Position numbers and translations under genes: made by a program. DNA of 64,000 nt from Euryarchaeota archaeon UBA19 (GTDB taxonomy: Archaea; Thermoplasmatota; Poseidoniia; Poseidoniales; Thalassarchaeaceae): positions 7,784 to 71,783 of the forward strand of contig DAPQ01000060.1 of assembly GCA_002502175.1 (NCBI GenBank), written 5' to 3'. The notes beneath the pieces are model-generated. The model was given only the letters and a program-made list of their open reading frames with translations, did not search any database and had not been told where the DNA came from. Positions 39,475 to 48,524 of this stretch are shown here, piece after piece; within the stretch, counting starts at the first letter, position 1, and every line of letters begins with the position of its first letter.

Positions 39475-40470
39475 TTGAGTATGACTCAGAGGGTTGACTT
39501 GGGGCAAATGCGCCACGGTACGGAGTTGTTGAAGCGGGGCTTCGCCAAGATGCAAGAAGGCGGAGTCATCATGGATGTCGTCAACGCTGAAGAAGCACAC
39601 ATAGCAGAAGATGCTGGTGCTGTCTCAGTAATGGCCCTAGAGAGAGTTCCTGCAGATATCCGATCTAGTGGAGGAGTCGCACGAATGAGTCACCCCGATA
39701 TGATAAAGGAAATTATCGAAACCACCTCGATACCAGTAATGGCCAAGGCAAGAATTGGTCACGATGAGGAAGCAAGAGTGCTCGAAGCACTAGGCGCAGA
39801 TATGATCGATGAATCTGAGGTTTTAACTCCCGCAGATCCCTTCTTTCACATAGCAAAAAACAACTTTACCGTACCATTTGTTTGTGGTTGCACAAACCTA
39901 GGAGAAGCGGTAAGAAGAGTCGCAGAAGGGGCGGCGATGATGCGTACCAAAGGTGAAGCTGGAACTGGAAATGTAGTCAGCGCCGTGCAACATTCTAGAT
40001 TAGTAGAAAATGAAATCACCCACGCACAATCTATTGGAGAAGAAGGTCGCAGTGAAATGGTTGACATAATTATGCAAGGATTTCAAAGAATAAACAAGGT
40101 CTCCTCCTTTAATTTAGATCCAGATTCCACGCCATTTGGTTCAATTAAAGAGGTTCGAGCAGAAGTGTCCTCTGTACTAGAAGACGTGGCCAGACTTGGT
40201 AGATTACCTGTGGTAACATTCTCGGCCGGAGGAATATCAACCCCAGCAGATGCAGCCCTTATGATGAAGCATGGTATGGATGGAATATTTGTTGGTTCTG
40301 GAATCTTCAAGAGTTCCGACCCAATACAGACCGCTGAAGCCATAGTGCTTGCAACCCATCACTTCGAGGATCCTTCCGTAGTCGCTGAGGCTAGTGCAAT
40401 GATTGGCGAACCAATGCCGGGTTTGGAAATCGAAACACTAGATGTTCGGCTGGAAGAGAGAGGCTGGTAA
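39475..40470 (+). CDS. pdxS: pyridoxal 5'-phosphate synthase subunit PdxS
   Basis: '[42 protein letters not shown]...GGVARM' is near-canonical PdxS. Confidence 0.9.
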   Translation: MSMTQRVDLGQMRHGTELLKRGFAKMQEGGVIMDVVNAEEAHIAEDAGAVSVMALERVPADIRSSGGVARMSHPDMIKEIIETTSIPVMAKARIGHDEEARVLEALGADMIDESEVLTPADPFFHIAKNNFTVPFVCGCTNLGEAVRRVAEGAAMMRTKGEAGTGNVVSAVQHSRLVENEITHAQSIGEEGRSEMVDIIMQGFQRINKVSSFNLDPDSTPFGSIKEVRAEVSSVLEDVARLGRLPVVTFSAGGISTPADAALMMKHGMDGIFVGSGIFKSSDPIQTAEAIVLATHHFEDPSVVAEASAMIGEPMPGLEIETLDVRLEERGW

Positions 40471-40472
40471 AC

Positions 40473-41492
40473 TCACAATTTTCCACGAGTTGTCCCTAAT
40501 TTTCGTTTCTTGGACTTTCTCGGCTTTGACGCCCGGGGTTCTGACTCTTCTTCAATTCCTGTACCGCCGAGAGTCAAAGAGCCACTTTCTAGTAACATCT
40601 CTTCTAATGACCCAGCTAGTTCTTCACTTTCGGATGGCGATCTAATAGCGTCTCTAACTGATTGATTGTGGTCTCGTATAGTCTTCTCACGTTCTTCTCG
40701 AGCGGCTTTTATTGAGTCACGGATTTCATTGACTTGGTCAAGCAGTGCTTTCATTTCAGTATGGACTTCATCAGCCGCTGCTTTTGCTTCAACAAATACG
40801 TTGTGAAGCCTATCACCCTCAGCCCTTAGGAAGTCTCTTTCCTCAAATAGTGGCTTAATTTCCTCCCATATTTCATCACCTTGCTTATGGCAATCTACCA
40901 TTGCTTGGTGTTCTGAATCAGCCTCTGCTTTTAGACGATTAATCGATTCATCCATGTCGCCAAGATCTATTGTAATAGACTCATGTTCCTTTACCGCGGG
41001 AAGTAATTCATTTCTCTTACCAATGAGTTTCTTTAGTTCCTTCAGGAGTTTATTTTCATCTTCCAATTTCAGTCTGCCATCAGTTTCTAAACGCCTCTCA
41101 ATCTTGTCAATTTGCCCTTCGGTTTCTGACAATTCAATAACTACTGATTTAGAACCTCTTTCGTCATCCCTACGACCACGTTTTTTCGAAATTATCTCTC
41201 TGATATGACCCTGGATTTCGTCTCTTCTAGCCTTGTGAATTCTTGCCTGGTCTCTAATTTCTTTTTGTTTAGCCTTCATTTCGTCAATAGATTCGCGTAA
41301 ACCTTTGGCTTGTTCTTGAACAGCATTCCGCGAATCGGCTGCTCTACGAGCGTTCTCATTGTGACTATTGCGATTATCTCGCATACGCCTTACTTTGGTC
41401 TCCATAGCGTGTAGGCGACTCCTGAGGTCATCGTCAGGGTTGGTAGTCTCGTCAGACACGGCCACGCCACGAGCGTTTGCCTCTTGAATCAA
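40473..41492 (-). CDS. charged coiled-coil protein (paralog family with 45628/46611/47643 ORFs), basic C-terminal tail
   Basis: Heptad-rich, KR/ED-rich. Shared central block 'IERRLETDGRLKLEDENKLLKELKKLIG' (cf. 'TSALDHKAEKKMIERRKKLI', 'GRFLGKKEKEFVAKMKKLHQEL'). C-terminus 'KPRKSKKRKLGTTRGKL'. Confidence 0.4.
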   Translation of the reverse strand: MIQEANARGVAVSDETTNPDDDLRSRLHAMETKVRRMRDNRNSHNENARRAADSRNAVQEQAKGLRESIDEMKAKQKEIRDQARIHKARRDEIQGHIREIISKKRGRRDDERGSKSVVIELSETEGQIDKIERRLETDGRLKLEDENKLLKELKKLIGKRNELLPAVKEHESITIDLGDMDESINRLKAEADSEHQAMVDCHKQGDEIWEEIKPLFEERDFLRAEGDRLHNVFVEAKAAADEVHTEMKALLDQVNEIRDSIKAAREEREKTIRDHNQSVRDAIRSPSESEELAGSLEEMLLESGSLTLGGTGIEEESEPRASKPRKSKKRKLGTTRGKL

Positions 41493-41504
41493 CCCGATGT
41501 ATGG

Positions 41505-43091
41505 TCAGAGGCCTAGAACTGAACCAATGAATGGTAGAAGCGGTGATAGAATTGCAATAATAGCACCAAGGATAAACAATGCTCCTGTTGTCATTCTAAG
41601 TCTAGTAAAGAGGTCGTTGCGAATCTGAACCGTTAGCACACGACCAGATATTAGATTGCCATCCAAATCCTCTAGACGAATTGTAACAGTAGACTCACCA
41701 GTGCTAGATGGTAACAAACTCTGCCAAATAATTCTAGTAGAGTTTAGGAGGTTTGGAAGTGTGTCGGTGATTTTCGGAGAAAGTATTCCATCGAAAGAAA
41801 TCGATTTATGAGGCTCCACCTTAAGTCGATATTCACAATCATTTGGTCTAAAATCAGGGGTTTGAACCCTTAGTATGAGGTCTTGTATTTCATCGGTTTG
41901 ATTGAGAATGAACGCGAATAAATTCGCAGGGCCAACAACTAAGTTTTCCATATCCACATCAAACCATACATCACCAGATTTTCCGTTCTGATGCCTCATG
42001 TGTAAACGATCGTGAAGGCGGAAAAATGGTGCGCAATCAAGCATTGCTCTCGATAATAATCGGTCCCAGGTTTCTTGACCTAATTCGGGATGCTCAAATA
42101 AGCCATCAATCGAATCGGAGTCAATCATTGATGCCAGTGCAAGTCTAAATTGATTCTCATCTATCACAGATCTCCTCCTAAGATGCAATAAATGTAGCAA
42201 TGTCTCTTGCAGTTCTGTCATAGATTTACCAGGTTTAATTTCAGATTCAACTGTACGCAAATATTCGGATATCCTAACAGCCAATAGTGGATCGATATGG
42301 GCTTTAATTACGTCAGAAAACGGATATCGGAGTAAAGCGGGATGGATAGGTGGGGAGAAGGCGCTCAACATCCCCCATGGCTCATTAGCATTGAAGCGTG
42401 ATTTATTTGATACCAAAAAGGTCCCATGACCAGCTAATAAAGTCCCTGTAGAAAGCGCAACTAACCTTGGAGAAAGGTCTCCGTCGGGTGCCAACCAAAG
42501 GGCGATTCCAAGAAATAGGATTGCTAGAAGAAGGAAACTTATCGTGGCCCCTAACTGCCTTCTTGAACCATTTATGGTCGCACGCATTTCTGCATATCCG
42601 TGGGAGCTTTTGAACGTCAATCCGGCAGTTGTCAAAGATTCAGCCTCATACTGAAAAATCCTCCTAGTTACTGTCAACAACCGGAATAATAAGAGTAAGA
42701 GAGCAATATTTGCAACTAAAATGAATAATGAAAGGAAATGGATTCCAAGGTGCATCTCAACAGGAGCGACTTCTTGCATATGGTCCACCCACCATTCTGG
42801 CGTGGTATTTCTGTAAGAATGAGCAAGGCCGAAATTCACCACTACAATCAATGGTAAGAAGAGGACAAATCGAACCCCCCCACTGATCAGAAGTCTGTCT
42901 ATTCGTAGTAGGGTTCTTTCTTGATTCCTTAAACTATCAACATTTGAAAACATTATTTTTTCAGAATTATCTCCCTCTACAACCTGAAATTGTTTCATAT
43001 TATCCTGCTGAGGCAATGACTCTTCCTCTAGAACTTTTGATGCTAATGAGCTCAGAGCATCTTCCAAATTTGGAATCTCTTCATCCTGCAA
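41505..43091 (-). CDS. large membrane protein, hypothetical (3 N-terminal TM + 1 C-terminal TM)
   Basis: Hydrophobic helices at residues ~70-230 and at the C-terminus 'ALFILGAIIAILSPLLPFIG'. ~250-aa soluble middle region. 3-nt gap to the upstream DtxR-like gene. Confidence 0.4.
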   Translation of the reverse strand: MQDEEIPNLEDALSSLASKVLEEESLPQQDNMKQFQVVEGDNSEKIMFSNVDSLRNQERTLLRIDRLLISGGVRFVLFLPLIVVVNFGLAHSYRNTTPEWWVDHMQEVAPVEMHLGIHFLSLFILVANIALLLLLFRLLTVTRRIFQYEAESLTTAGLTFKSSHGYAEMRATINGSRRQLGATISFLLLAILFLGIALWLAPDGDLSPRLVALSTGTLLAGHGTFLVSNKSRFNANEPWGMLSAFSPPIHPALLRYPFSDVIKAHIDPLLAVRISEYLRTVESEIKPGKSMTELQETLLHLLHLRRRSVIDENQFRLALASMIDSDSIDGLFEHPELGQETWDRLLSRAMLDCAPFFRLHDRLHMRHQNGKSGDVWFDVDMENLVVGPANLFAFILNQTDEIQDLILRVQTPDFRPNDCEYRLKVEPHKSISFDGILSPKITDTLPNLLNSTRIIWQSLLPSSTGESTVTIRLEDLDGNLISGRVLTVQIRNDLFTRLRMTTGALFILGAIIAILSPLLPFIGSVLGL

Positions 43092-43094
43092 GTT

Positions 43095-43745
43095 CTAGTC
43101 CTCCAATCTAACTAAAATACGCTTGGCCAAATCTTCGGAAAATAAGTATGGGGATCCTGAGACATATGTAGTGGAAAGTGTTTTGGTAACGTTGACGCCG
43201 ATGGAGATGTTTTGATTTTCTAGAGTTTTAATATCTTGGCCAGTTAGAGCGATTAATTCAACTACACCGCTACTGCCTTCCGGCATATTGGATATTGGCA
43301 ATAATGGGGATATTATGTCTGGTTCAAATTGCCTGGAAATTTGAGGGACTTTCTCACCCAGATGACTGTACTCTGGATAACCCAATAACTTGTCTAGAGA
43401 CGCCTCTAATTCATCATTAACCGCATGTTCCATTTCACACGCTATGGAATTAACATCTCCTTCAAATCCAATTACATCTGTTAGTAATAATTCAAGAAGT
43501 AATTGTCGTCGCTTAATCTTGCCAGCGATAGCAAACCCTTCTACTGTTAATCTTGAACCCTTGTAAGGAATATACGTCACCAAATCCCGGCCAGCAAGTC
43601 TTTGAATCATCTCCGTTGTTGAAGCATCACTGACTCCCATTATATCGGCTAACATTGAGGTTTTTACAATCGCAGCTGGTTGTTCAGAATGTATCTCAAA
43701 CATCTTCTTGAGATACATTTCCTCGAATTCGCTTAGTTCGTGCAT
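43095..43745 (-). CDS. DtxR/IdeR/MntR-family metal-dependent transcriptional regulator with C-terminal FeoA/SH3-like domain
   Basis: wHTH then 'IKRRQLLLELLLTDVIGF' (cf. RHRLAERLLTDVIGL) then 'ACEMEHAVNDELE' (C-x-x-E-H metal site as in DtxR 'ACRWEHV'). C-terminal 'GSSGVVELIALTGQDIKTLENQNISIGVNV' is SH3-like. Confidence 0.65.
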   Translation of the reverse strand: MHELSEFEEMYLKKMFEIHSEQPAAIVKTSMLADIMGVSDASTTEMIQRLAGRDLVTYIPYKGSRLTVEGFAIAGKIKRRQLLLELLLTDVIGFEGDVNSIACEMEHAVNDELEASLDKLLGYPEYSHLGEKVPQISRQFEPDIISPLLPISNMPEGSSGVVELIALTGQDIKTLENQNISIGVNVTKTLSTTYVSGSPYLFSEDLAKRILVRLED

Positions 43746-43758
43746 GAAAAAACCTCAG

Positions 43759-45651
43759 TTATGGTTCTCCAACCTCTGCTAGGAATTCACAGCGGCAGGC
43801 AGGACACCTAGCCTTTACTGGACGTCTGTTAATTGGGATTTTTAGAGTTTGATCGCAACTAGGGCAAGATAGCAAATCATCCACTGAGCGAGCGGATATC
43901 TCTTGAGGAGTTGAAGTGGAAGGTGAATCATTTTGGGTCGCAATGTTTTCTTCTTCTGAAATTTTGTCTTCATCTTCTGACTCGATCGATTCGACCATGA
44001 ATCGAGCGGTACAAGCAGGACATTTCACGGCACCAGAATGGCTGTTCGGAATGTGCAGACGTTGGTCGCATTCGGGACACGGTATCTCTCTTTTTTCTAC
44101 TGCTGCAGACTTTTTCTTTTCCCCTCTGGCTTCTCTTAGTCGATTAAATCTTGATTTTCCTGTGTCCTCTACGCTTTCCGATACTGTTCGATATAGAACT
44201 AAAATGAACATTACAAGAACTAAACCTGTGACCGTTCCATAAATTGCGGCGACCAAATCAAATGGCAATTCTGCCTCTGCATTATTGTCGGAAAATGTTT
44301 CTATCTCCAAAAGAAGGCTTTCGGTAAGTCCACTAGTTACCCATATTATATGCACATCAACAACTTTTGAATCGGGCCACTGTTCGATGGTGAATTCACT
44401 GCTAAATGATTCACTTGGATTAATTGAAAAAGTTGGAATTGTGTCGAGTATCATGTTATCTGAATTTCGCACTACTCTTACCTCTCCTGCTAAAGTCGGA
44501 GTATTACCATTATTGGTTAAGGAGAACGGGATTTTTACACTTTCACCCACCACAGGAGCTGTGCTTACACCTTCAGAAGTAACCACAAGATCTAGTATAG
44601 GAGGAGTGAGTGTAGTCTGAATTTCAATTTCCTCTTCGGCCGTCCAAGTAACTGTATTTACTCGAATAATTAGTGCGTCTGCTGAAGGATTTCCTAGATC
44701 GAGGTTTAGTTGCCTTCGACCAGGATCCATGGTAATTAGGAAAAATTGTAAATTAGACTCAATAGTTTGATCGATTATTGCAACTTCGATTTCAACTTCC
44801 CTAGATCGGCCATCACTAAGGTAAAGAGAGAGTTCTGAACTTAGGCCATCTTCAAGATTCCAGTCCAAAGAATCAACTACTAACTGGATTGATTGAGGCT
44901 CTAAAACTTCAATCACAGTGGTACCGTTGAGTTCTCTTGCGACACCTCCATTGCTGGAATGAACCTTCCAATCTAGTTTGATTGAGCCTGAAGAAGAGGG
45001 TGAAAATGATGCGGAAACCTCCCTACTCGAACCGGGATTAATCAGTATGGCTTGGCCTTGAATAGGGTCTGACCCCTCAGGTGATATAACCAAACTAACA
45101 GATTCAGGATTCTGACCTTGATTATGGACCAATATTGAAGCGGTAAGTGAATCCCCAACATGGGCAGGCTCGCCAATAAGTGCTATTTCGGAGGAGCTAG
45201 CAGCAGTCAAGTTCAGAGGATTGGGTTCTACTAGTAAAGTAAGACTTTCACTCTGACCCGAAGAATCAATTCCGAAAATCAGATTCAAAACTCCTTCAGG
45301 CAGTGGACCGAATGAAATGTTGACTATCACAGTCGAATCTGAACCCTCAAGGAAACCAGTGAGTTCAGGAGTGGTTTGACCGTCCAATTCCATCACAAAC
45401 CACCACTCATCATGTCCAGCAGTAGTATCACTATTTGATACCTCGATGGATAATTGAATTCGGTCGCCTGCAAAAGCAGATGAATTCTCCGAAGGAAGGG
45501 ATGTTGAACCATCGATGATTGTATTATCCCAATCTGCTGAATTTTCTATACTGAATCTATCCTGGGCACTAACATTTAGCGAAATTAGGGTTACAAATAC
45601 AACAGAGGCTGTTATCACAAGCAAGTTGTGAGGACGAACGCCTGTATTCAT
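43759..45651 (-). CDS. surface protein: signal peptide, large extracellular Ig/CARDB-like region, single TM, cytoplasmic tail with two zinc ribbons
   Basis: Signal 'LVITASVVFVTLISLNVSA'. TM 'LVAAIYGTVTGLVLVMFILVLY'. Cytoplasmic 'CPECDQRLHIP...VKCPACTARF' and 'CPSCDQTLKIP...ARCPACRCEF'. Acidic linker between them. Confidence 0.45.
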   Translation of the reverse strand: MNTGVRPHNLLVITASVVFVTLISLNVSAQDRFSIENSADWDNTIIDGSTSLPSENSSAFAGDRIQLSIEVSNSDTTAGHDEWWFVMELDGQTTPELTGFLEGSDSTVIVNISFGPLPEGVLNLIFGIDSSGQSESLTLLVEPNPLNLTAASSSEIALIGEPAHVGDSLTASILVHNQGQNPESVSLVISPEGSDPIQGQAILINPGSSREVSASFSPSSSGSIKLDWKVHSSNGGVARELNGTTVIEVLEPQSIQLVVDSLDWNLEDGLSSELSLYLSDGRSREVEIEVAIIDQTIESNLQFFLITMDPGRRQLNLDLGNPSADALIIRVNTVTWTAEEEIEIQTTLTPPILDLVVTSEGVSTAPVVGESVKIPFSLTNNGNTPTLAGEVRVVRNSDNMILDTIPTFSINPSESFSSEFTIEQWPDSKVVDVHIIWVTSGLTESLLLEIETFSDNNAEAELPFDLVAAIYGTVTGLVLVMFILVLYRTVSESVEDTGKSRFNRLREARGEKKKSAAVEKREIPCPECDQRLHIPNSHSGAVKCPACTARFMVESIESEDEDKISEEENIATQNDSPSTSTPQEISARSVDDLLSCPSCDQTLKIPINRRPVKARCPACRCEFLAEVGEP

Positions 45652-46614
45652 TGTCTGACCCTCGGAGCGGGTCAGTGTATCAAGGAAACCCTAATTCAAG
45701 GTCACGTAGTGACCTTTATGATGGGCCCTAATTTCCGCCGTTTGCATATGGAGTCTGAAGGCCTGCTAGCGGTGACGCCTGACGAATTGGCGCAGGCTTT
45801 GTTAGATAGGAGGGTTTTGCTGAAGGAGCAATTACCCACTGTTATTCGTACACTCGAGGCCGAGGAACAGAACCTTGCTCCAAAGCTATCTCGTTCAGCA
45901 GATAAACACAAACAGGCAAATGAAATTGTTGCTAAGTTGAAAGTGGAACGCGACCAAGCACAAATCGCAGCCCGAAATCTGCTCCCGAAGGTAAAGGAAT
46001 ATCGGGATAAATTGGTGGAATCTGGTGGGATGGTAAACCTTGACCCAGATTGGAAAAAAGAAAAATTGTTTGAAGAATTGGATGAAATCGAAGAAAATAT
46101 CCAGACTTCGGCGTTAGATCACAAAGCTGAGAAAAAGATGATTGAACGTAGAAAAAAGTTGATTCAACAAAACGAAAAATGGCTCAAGGAAAGAAGAGAT
46201 TCAAACCCGGAAATGGCAGATTACATCGATTCTAGAAGAGAGATGTCTTACCAATTTACAATTGCCAACAAGGCTCATAGAAATATGATCAAAGCCGTGG
46301 AAAAGGCGCAACCGTTGCATGAGAAAAAAGTAGCGATGGAGGCAGAAATAAGAGACGTCAGAAGACAATTGGACAGAGCCAAAGAATTACTGTCTCAATC
46401 TGACCAAGCAATAGAACATTGGCAACGCCGATTAAAGGATGGGTATGGAGAATTAGGACTAGGATTCCCTGACCTCCTTAAAGACATGATTCAAGTCCAG
46501 GAGGGAGGAGACTCTAGTTTCGCTAAGAGGCACAAGAAAAACAAACAGAATTCAAAGAAAAATAGTGTTGAGAATGGGCGAATAAACTCCGATTCGAGGG
46601 GTGAGGAAGAATGA
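45628..46614 (+). CDS. charged coiled-coil protein (paralog family); probable start at 45721 or 45748
   Basis: Heptad-rich. Central block 'DWKKEKLFEELDEIEENIQTSALDHKAEKKMIERRKKLIQQNEKW'. Basic C-terminus 'KRHKKNKQNSKK'. Confidence 0.4.
   Translation: MRTNACIHCLTLGAGQCIKETLIQGHVVTFMMGPNFRRLHMESEGLLAVTPDELAQALLDRRVLLKEQLPTVIRTLEAEEQNLAPKLSRSADKHKQANEIVAKLKVERDQAQIAARNLLPKVKEYRDKLVESGGMVNLDPDWKKEKLFEELDEIEENIQTSALDHKAEKKMIERRKKLIQQNEKWLKERRDSNPEMADYIDSRREMSYQFTIANKAHRNMIKAVEKAQPLHEKKVAMEAEIRDVRRQLDRAKELLSQSDQAIEHWQRRLKDGYGELGLGFPDLLKDMIQVQEGGDSSFAKRHKKNKQNSKKNSVENGRINSDSRGEEE
45698..45716. promoter_or_regulatory. perfect 19-bp palindrome AAGGTCAC-GTA-GTGACCTT in divergent intergenic region (candidate metalloregulator operator)
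   Basis: Exact 8-bp inverted repeat with a 3-bp spacer. Lies between the minus-strand operon that encodes the DtxR-like regulator and the plus-strand coiled-coil genes. Confidence 0.4.
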
Positions 46615-47576
46615 GCGATGGTTTGTTCGATGATCTTGAGGAGCTACCTCATGATGAAATCGAAGAGAAGGTCAAACAATTAGACCGTGAATTACGCTCA
46701 TTAGATGAAGAATTCAACTCACTGCGTCAAGAACGAAGAAACCAAGTGGAAATTGTAAAATCGTTGAGAGGAGCATTCGATGGAATTCAAGAGGTGAATT
46801 CTGAGAGGCGAATGCTGTTGAGAGAATTTCATGAAATAAAGAAAAAGGCAGACAAGCATAGAGCATTACGAGATAGAGTCAACCTATCTATTCCGCCACC
46901 TGCTTCTGTATTAGAAGAATGGATGGCAGACACACACTCTAAGTTAACCACCATAGATAACGACCTTACAGCAGTCCCCACCATAAATAGGGAATTGGAT
47001 TCATTTCGACGATTTTTCGAATTACAAGCAGCTGTGGTACGTAAGCGTGAGGCAGAAGATGCTCATGCACAGTATGTAGTTCAAATTGAGGATTTACGAA
47101 AAGTTACATCTAAATTAGACGCAACAAAGAAGGCTGGCAAGGATGCCGCAGATTCAGCAACAGAAAATAATGAAGTTAATCCTGACAACATAACTCGTAG
47201 TGAAATTAGGAAAATGAGCAAGCGAATCAGCAGCATAGATAAGCGGTTAGACACGATTAAATCACAACGTAAGAAATTACGAAGGGAATCAGGTAGAGTC
47301 CGGTCATATCAGAAAATAACTTCAGGAAGAGGGAGAAAAATCCGTCTAACTGATGTAAAAGAGAGAGCAAGTAAAGGAGGTTCACTAAACGCCAATGAAT
47401 TATCTGCTTTACTAGATTCAGGCAGTTTGACAGGTATCACAAATGAAGCAAGCAAACCGGAGTCTACGAAATCAAACGCACCTAGGAAAGGTAGAACGGG
47501 AAAGAAAGGAATGCGAAGACTAGGTGTCACTAGAGGTGGACCAAGGAAGGGTAACTCCGCTAGTCGGAGGGAATGA
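46611..47576 (+). CDS. charged coiled-coil protein (paralog family), Arg/Lys-rich C-terminal tail
   Basis: 4-nt overlap with the upstream paralog. Heptad-rich. C-terminus 'PRKGRTGKKGMRRLGVTRGGPRKG'. Confidence 0.4.
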   Translation: MSDGLFDDLEELPHDEIEEKVKQLDRELRSLDEEFNSLRQERRNQVEIVKSLRGAFDGIQEVNSERRMLLREFHEIKKKADKHRALRDRVNLSIPPPASVLEEWMADTHSKLTTIDNDLTAVPTINRELDSFRRFFELQAAVVRKREAEDAHAQYVVQIEDLRKVTSKLDATKKAGKDAADSATENNEVNPDNITRSEIRKMSKRISSIDKRLDTIKSQRKKLRRESGRVRSYQKITSGRGRKIRLTDVKERASKGGSLNANELSALLDSGSLTGITNEASKPESTKSNAPRKGRTGKKGMRRLGVTRGGPRKGNSASRRE

Positions 47577-47642
47577 GGAAAAAAACACCTCAAATGAACT
47601 TATATGGTAAACTTAGGACGTTAATTCAAGGGGCATGATTGT

Positions 47643-48524
47643 ATGAAGATGGAAAGCGGGGAAATTCGCGGGATTCTTCAACCACTCTGTGACGATATTC
47701 AAGAACAGATATCCTACAATCGGGAAGAAAGGGACCAATGGAATTCGAAAGTCCGTAAATTACTCGACGAACGCAACGAGTTAAATCGGCAAGTTAAGGA
47801 ATTAATCACAGAGGTGCAGAATCAAAAATCTCTACGAGATGATGCAAACCAAACCGTTAGAGAATTAAAAGAAATAAGGGCTGAAAGGACTGAGGTACTA
47901 AGAGTAATTAGGACCGATTTTAGGGAGAAAATAGCCGAAAATGGCTCTCAAGAAGAAAGACAGGAGAAACACGATAAAACTCGCTCACCAGGAAGAATTA
48001 GAACAGAAATAGACCGTTTGGAAAAGCAATACAACGAAGGTCGGTTCCTTGGTAAAAAGGAAAAAGAGTTCGTCGCTAAAATGAAAAAGTTACATCAAGA
48101 ACTTAGAGAAGCTAAGGAAAAGAAATCCGATGGTGGAATAAGAGAATTAAAGATTCAACTTAGAGATGCTGAAAAGAAACAAGAAGACGCCCACAAGAAG
48201 GTGAAGCGGGCAGTAATAGGCGCTCAAGAAGCCCATGACTTGATGGCTGAATTATCGGAAGAGGTCGATAGATTACGAGAGAAGGCAAATTCAGCTCAGT
48301 CAGGAGTTACTCGGGCTAAAAGAGAAGCAGATTCTCTCCATGGAAGATACATTGTATCGTTGAGGTGTATACATTCCATGCAAGATTTACTCAAGGCTCT
48401 GGAAACTAGAGAAGGCGGTGTTACAGAGGACGACGAGCAAGTCGAAGTCGCTGATCTAATGACACGACTAATGTCTGGAGACACATTATCTACTGACGAA
48501 ATCATGGCGCTTCAGAGGAATTGA
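47643..48524 (+). CDS. charged coiled-coil protein (paralog family)
   Basis: Central block 'GRFLGKKEKEFVAKMKKLHQELREAKEKK' and heptad-rich flanks. 293 aa. Confidence 0.4.
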   Translation: MKMESGEIRGILQPLCDDIQEQISYNREERDQWNSKVRKLLDERNELNRQVKELITEVQNQKSLRDDANQTVRELKEIRAERTEVLRVIRTDFREKIAENGSQEERQEKHDKTRSPGRIRTEIDRLEKQYNEGRFLGKKEKEFVAKMKKLHQELREAKEKKSDGGIRELKIQLRDAEKKQEDAHKKVKRAVIGAQEAHDLMAELSEEVDRLREKANSAQSGVTRAKREADSLHGRYIVSLRCIHSMQDLLKALETREGGVTEDDEQVEVADLMTRLMSGDTLSTDEIMALQRN

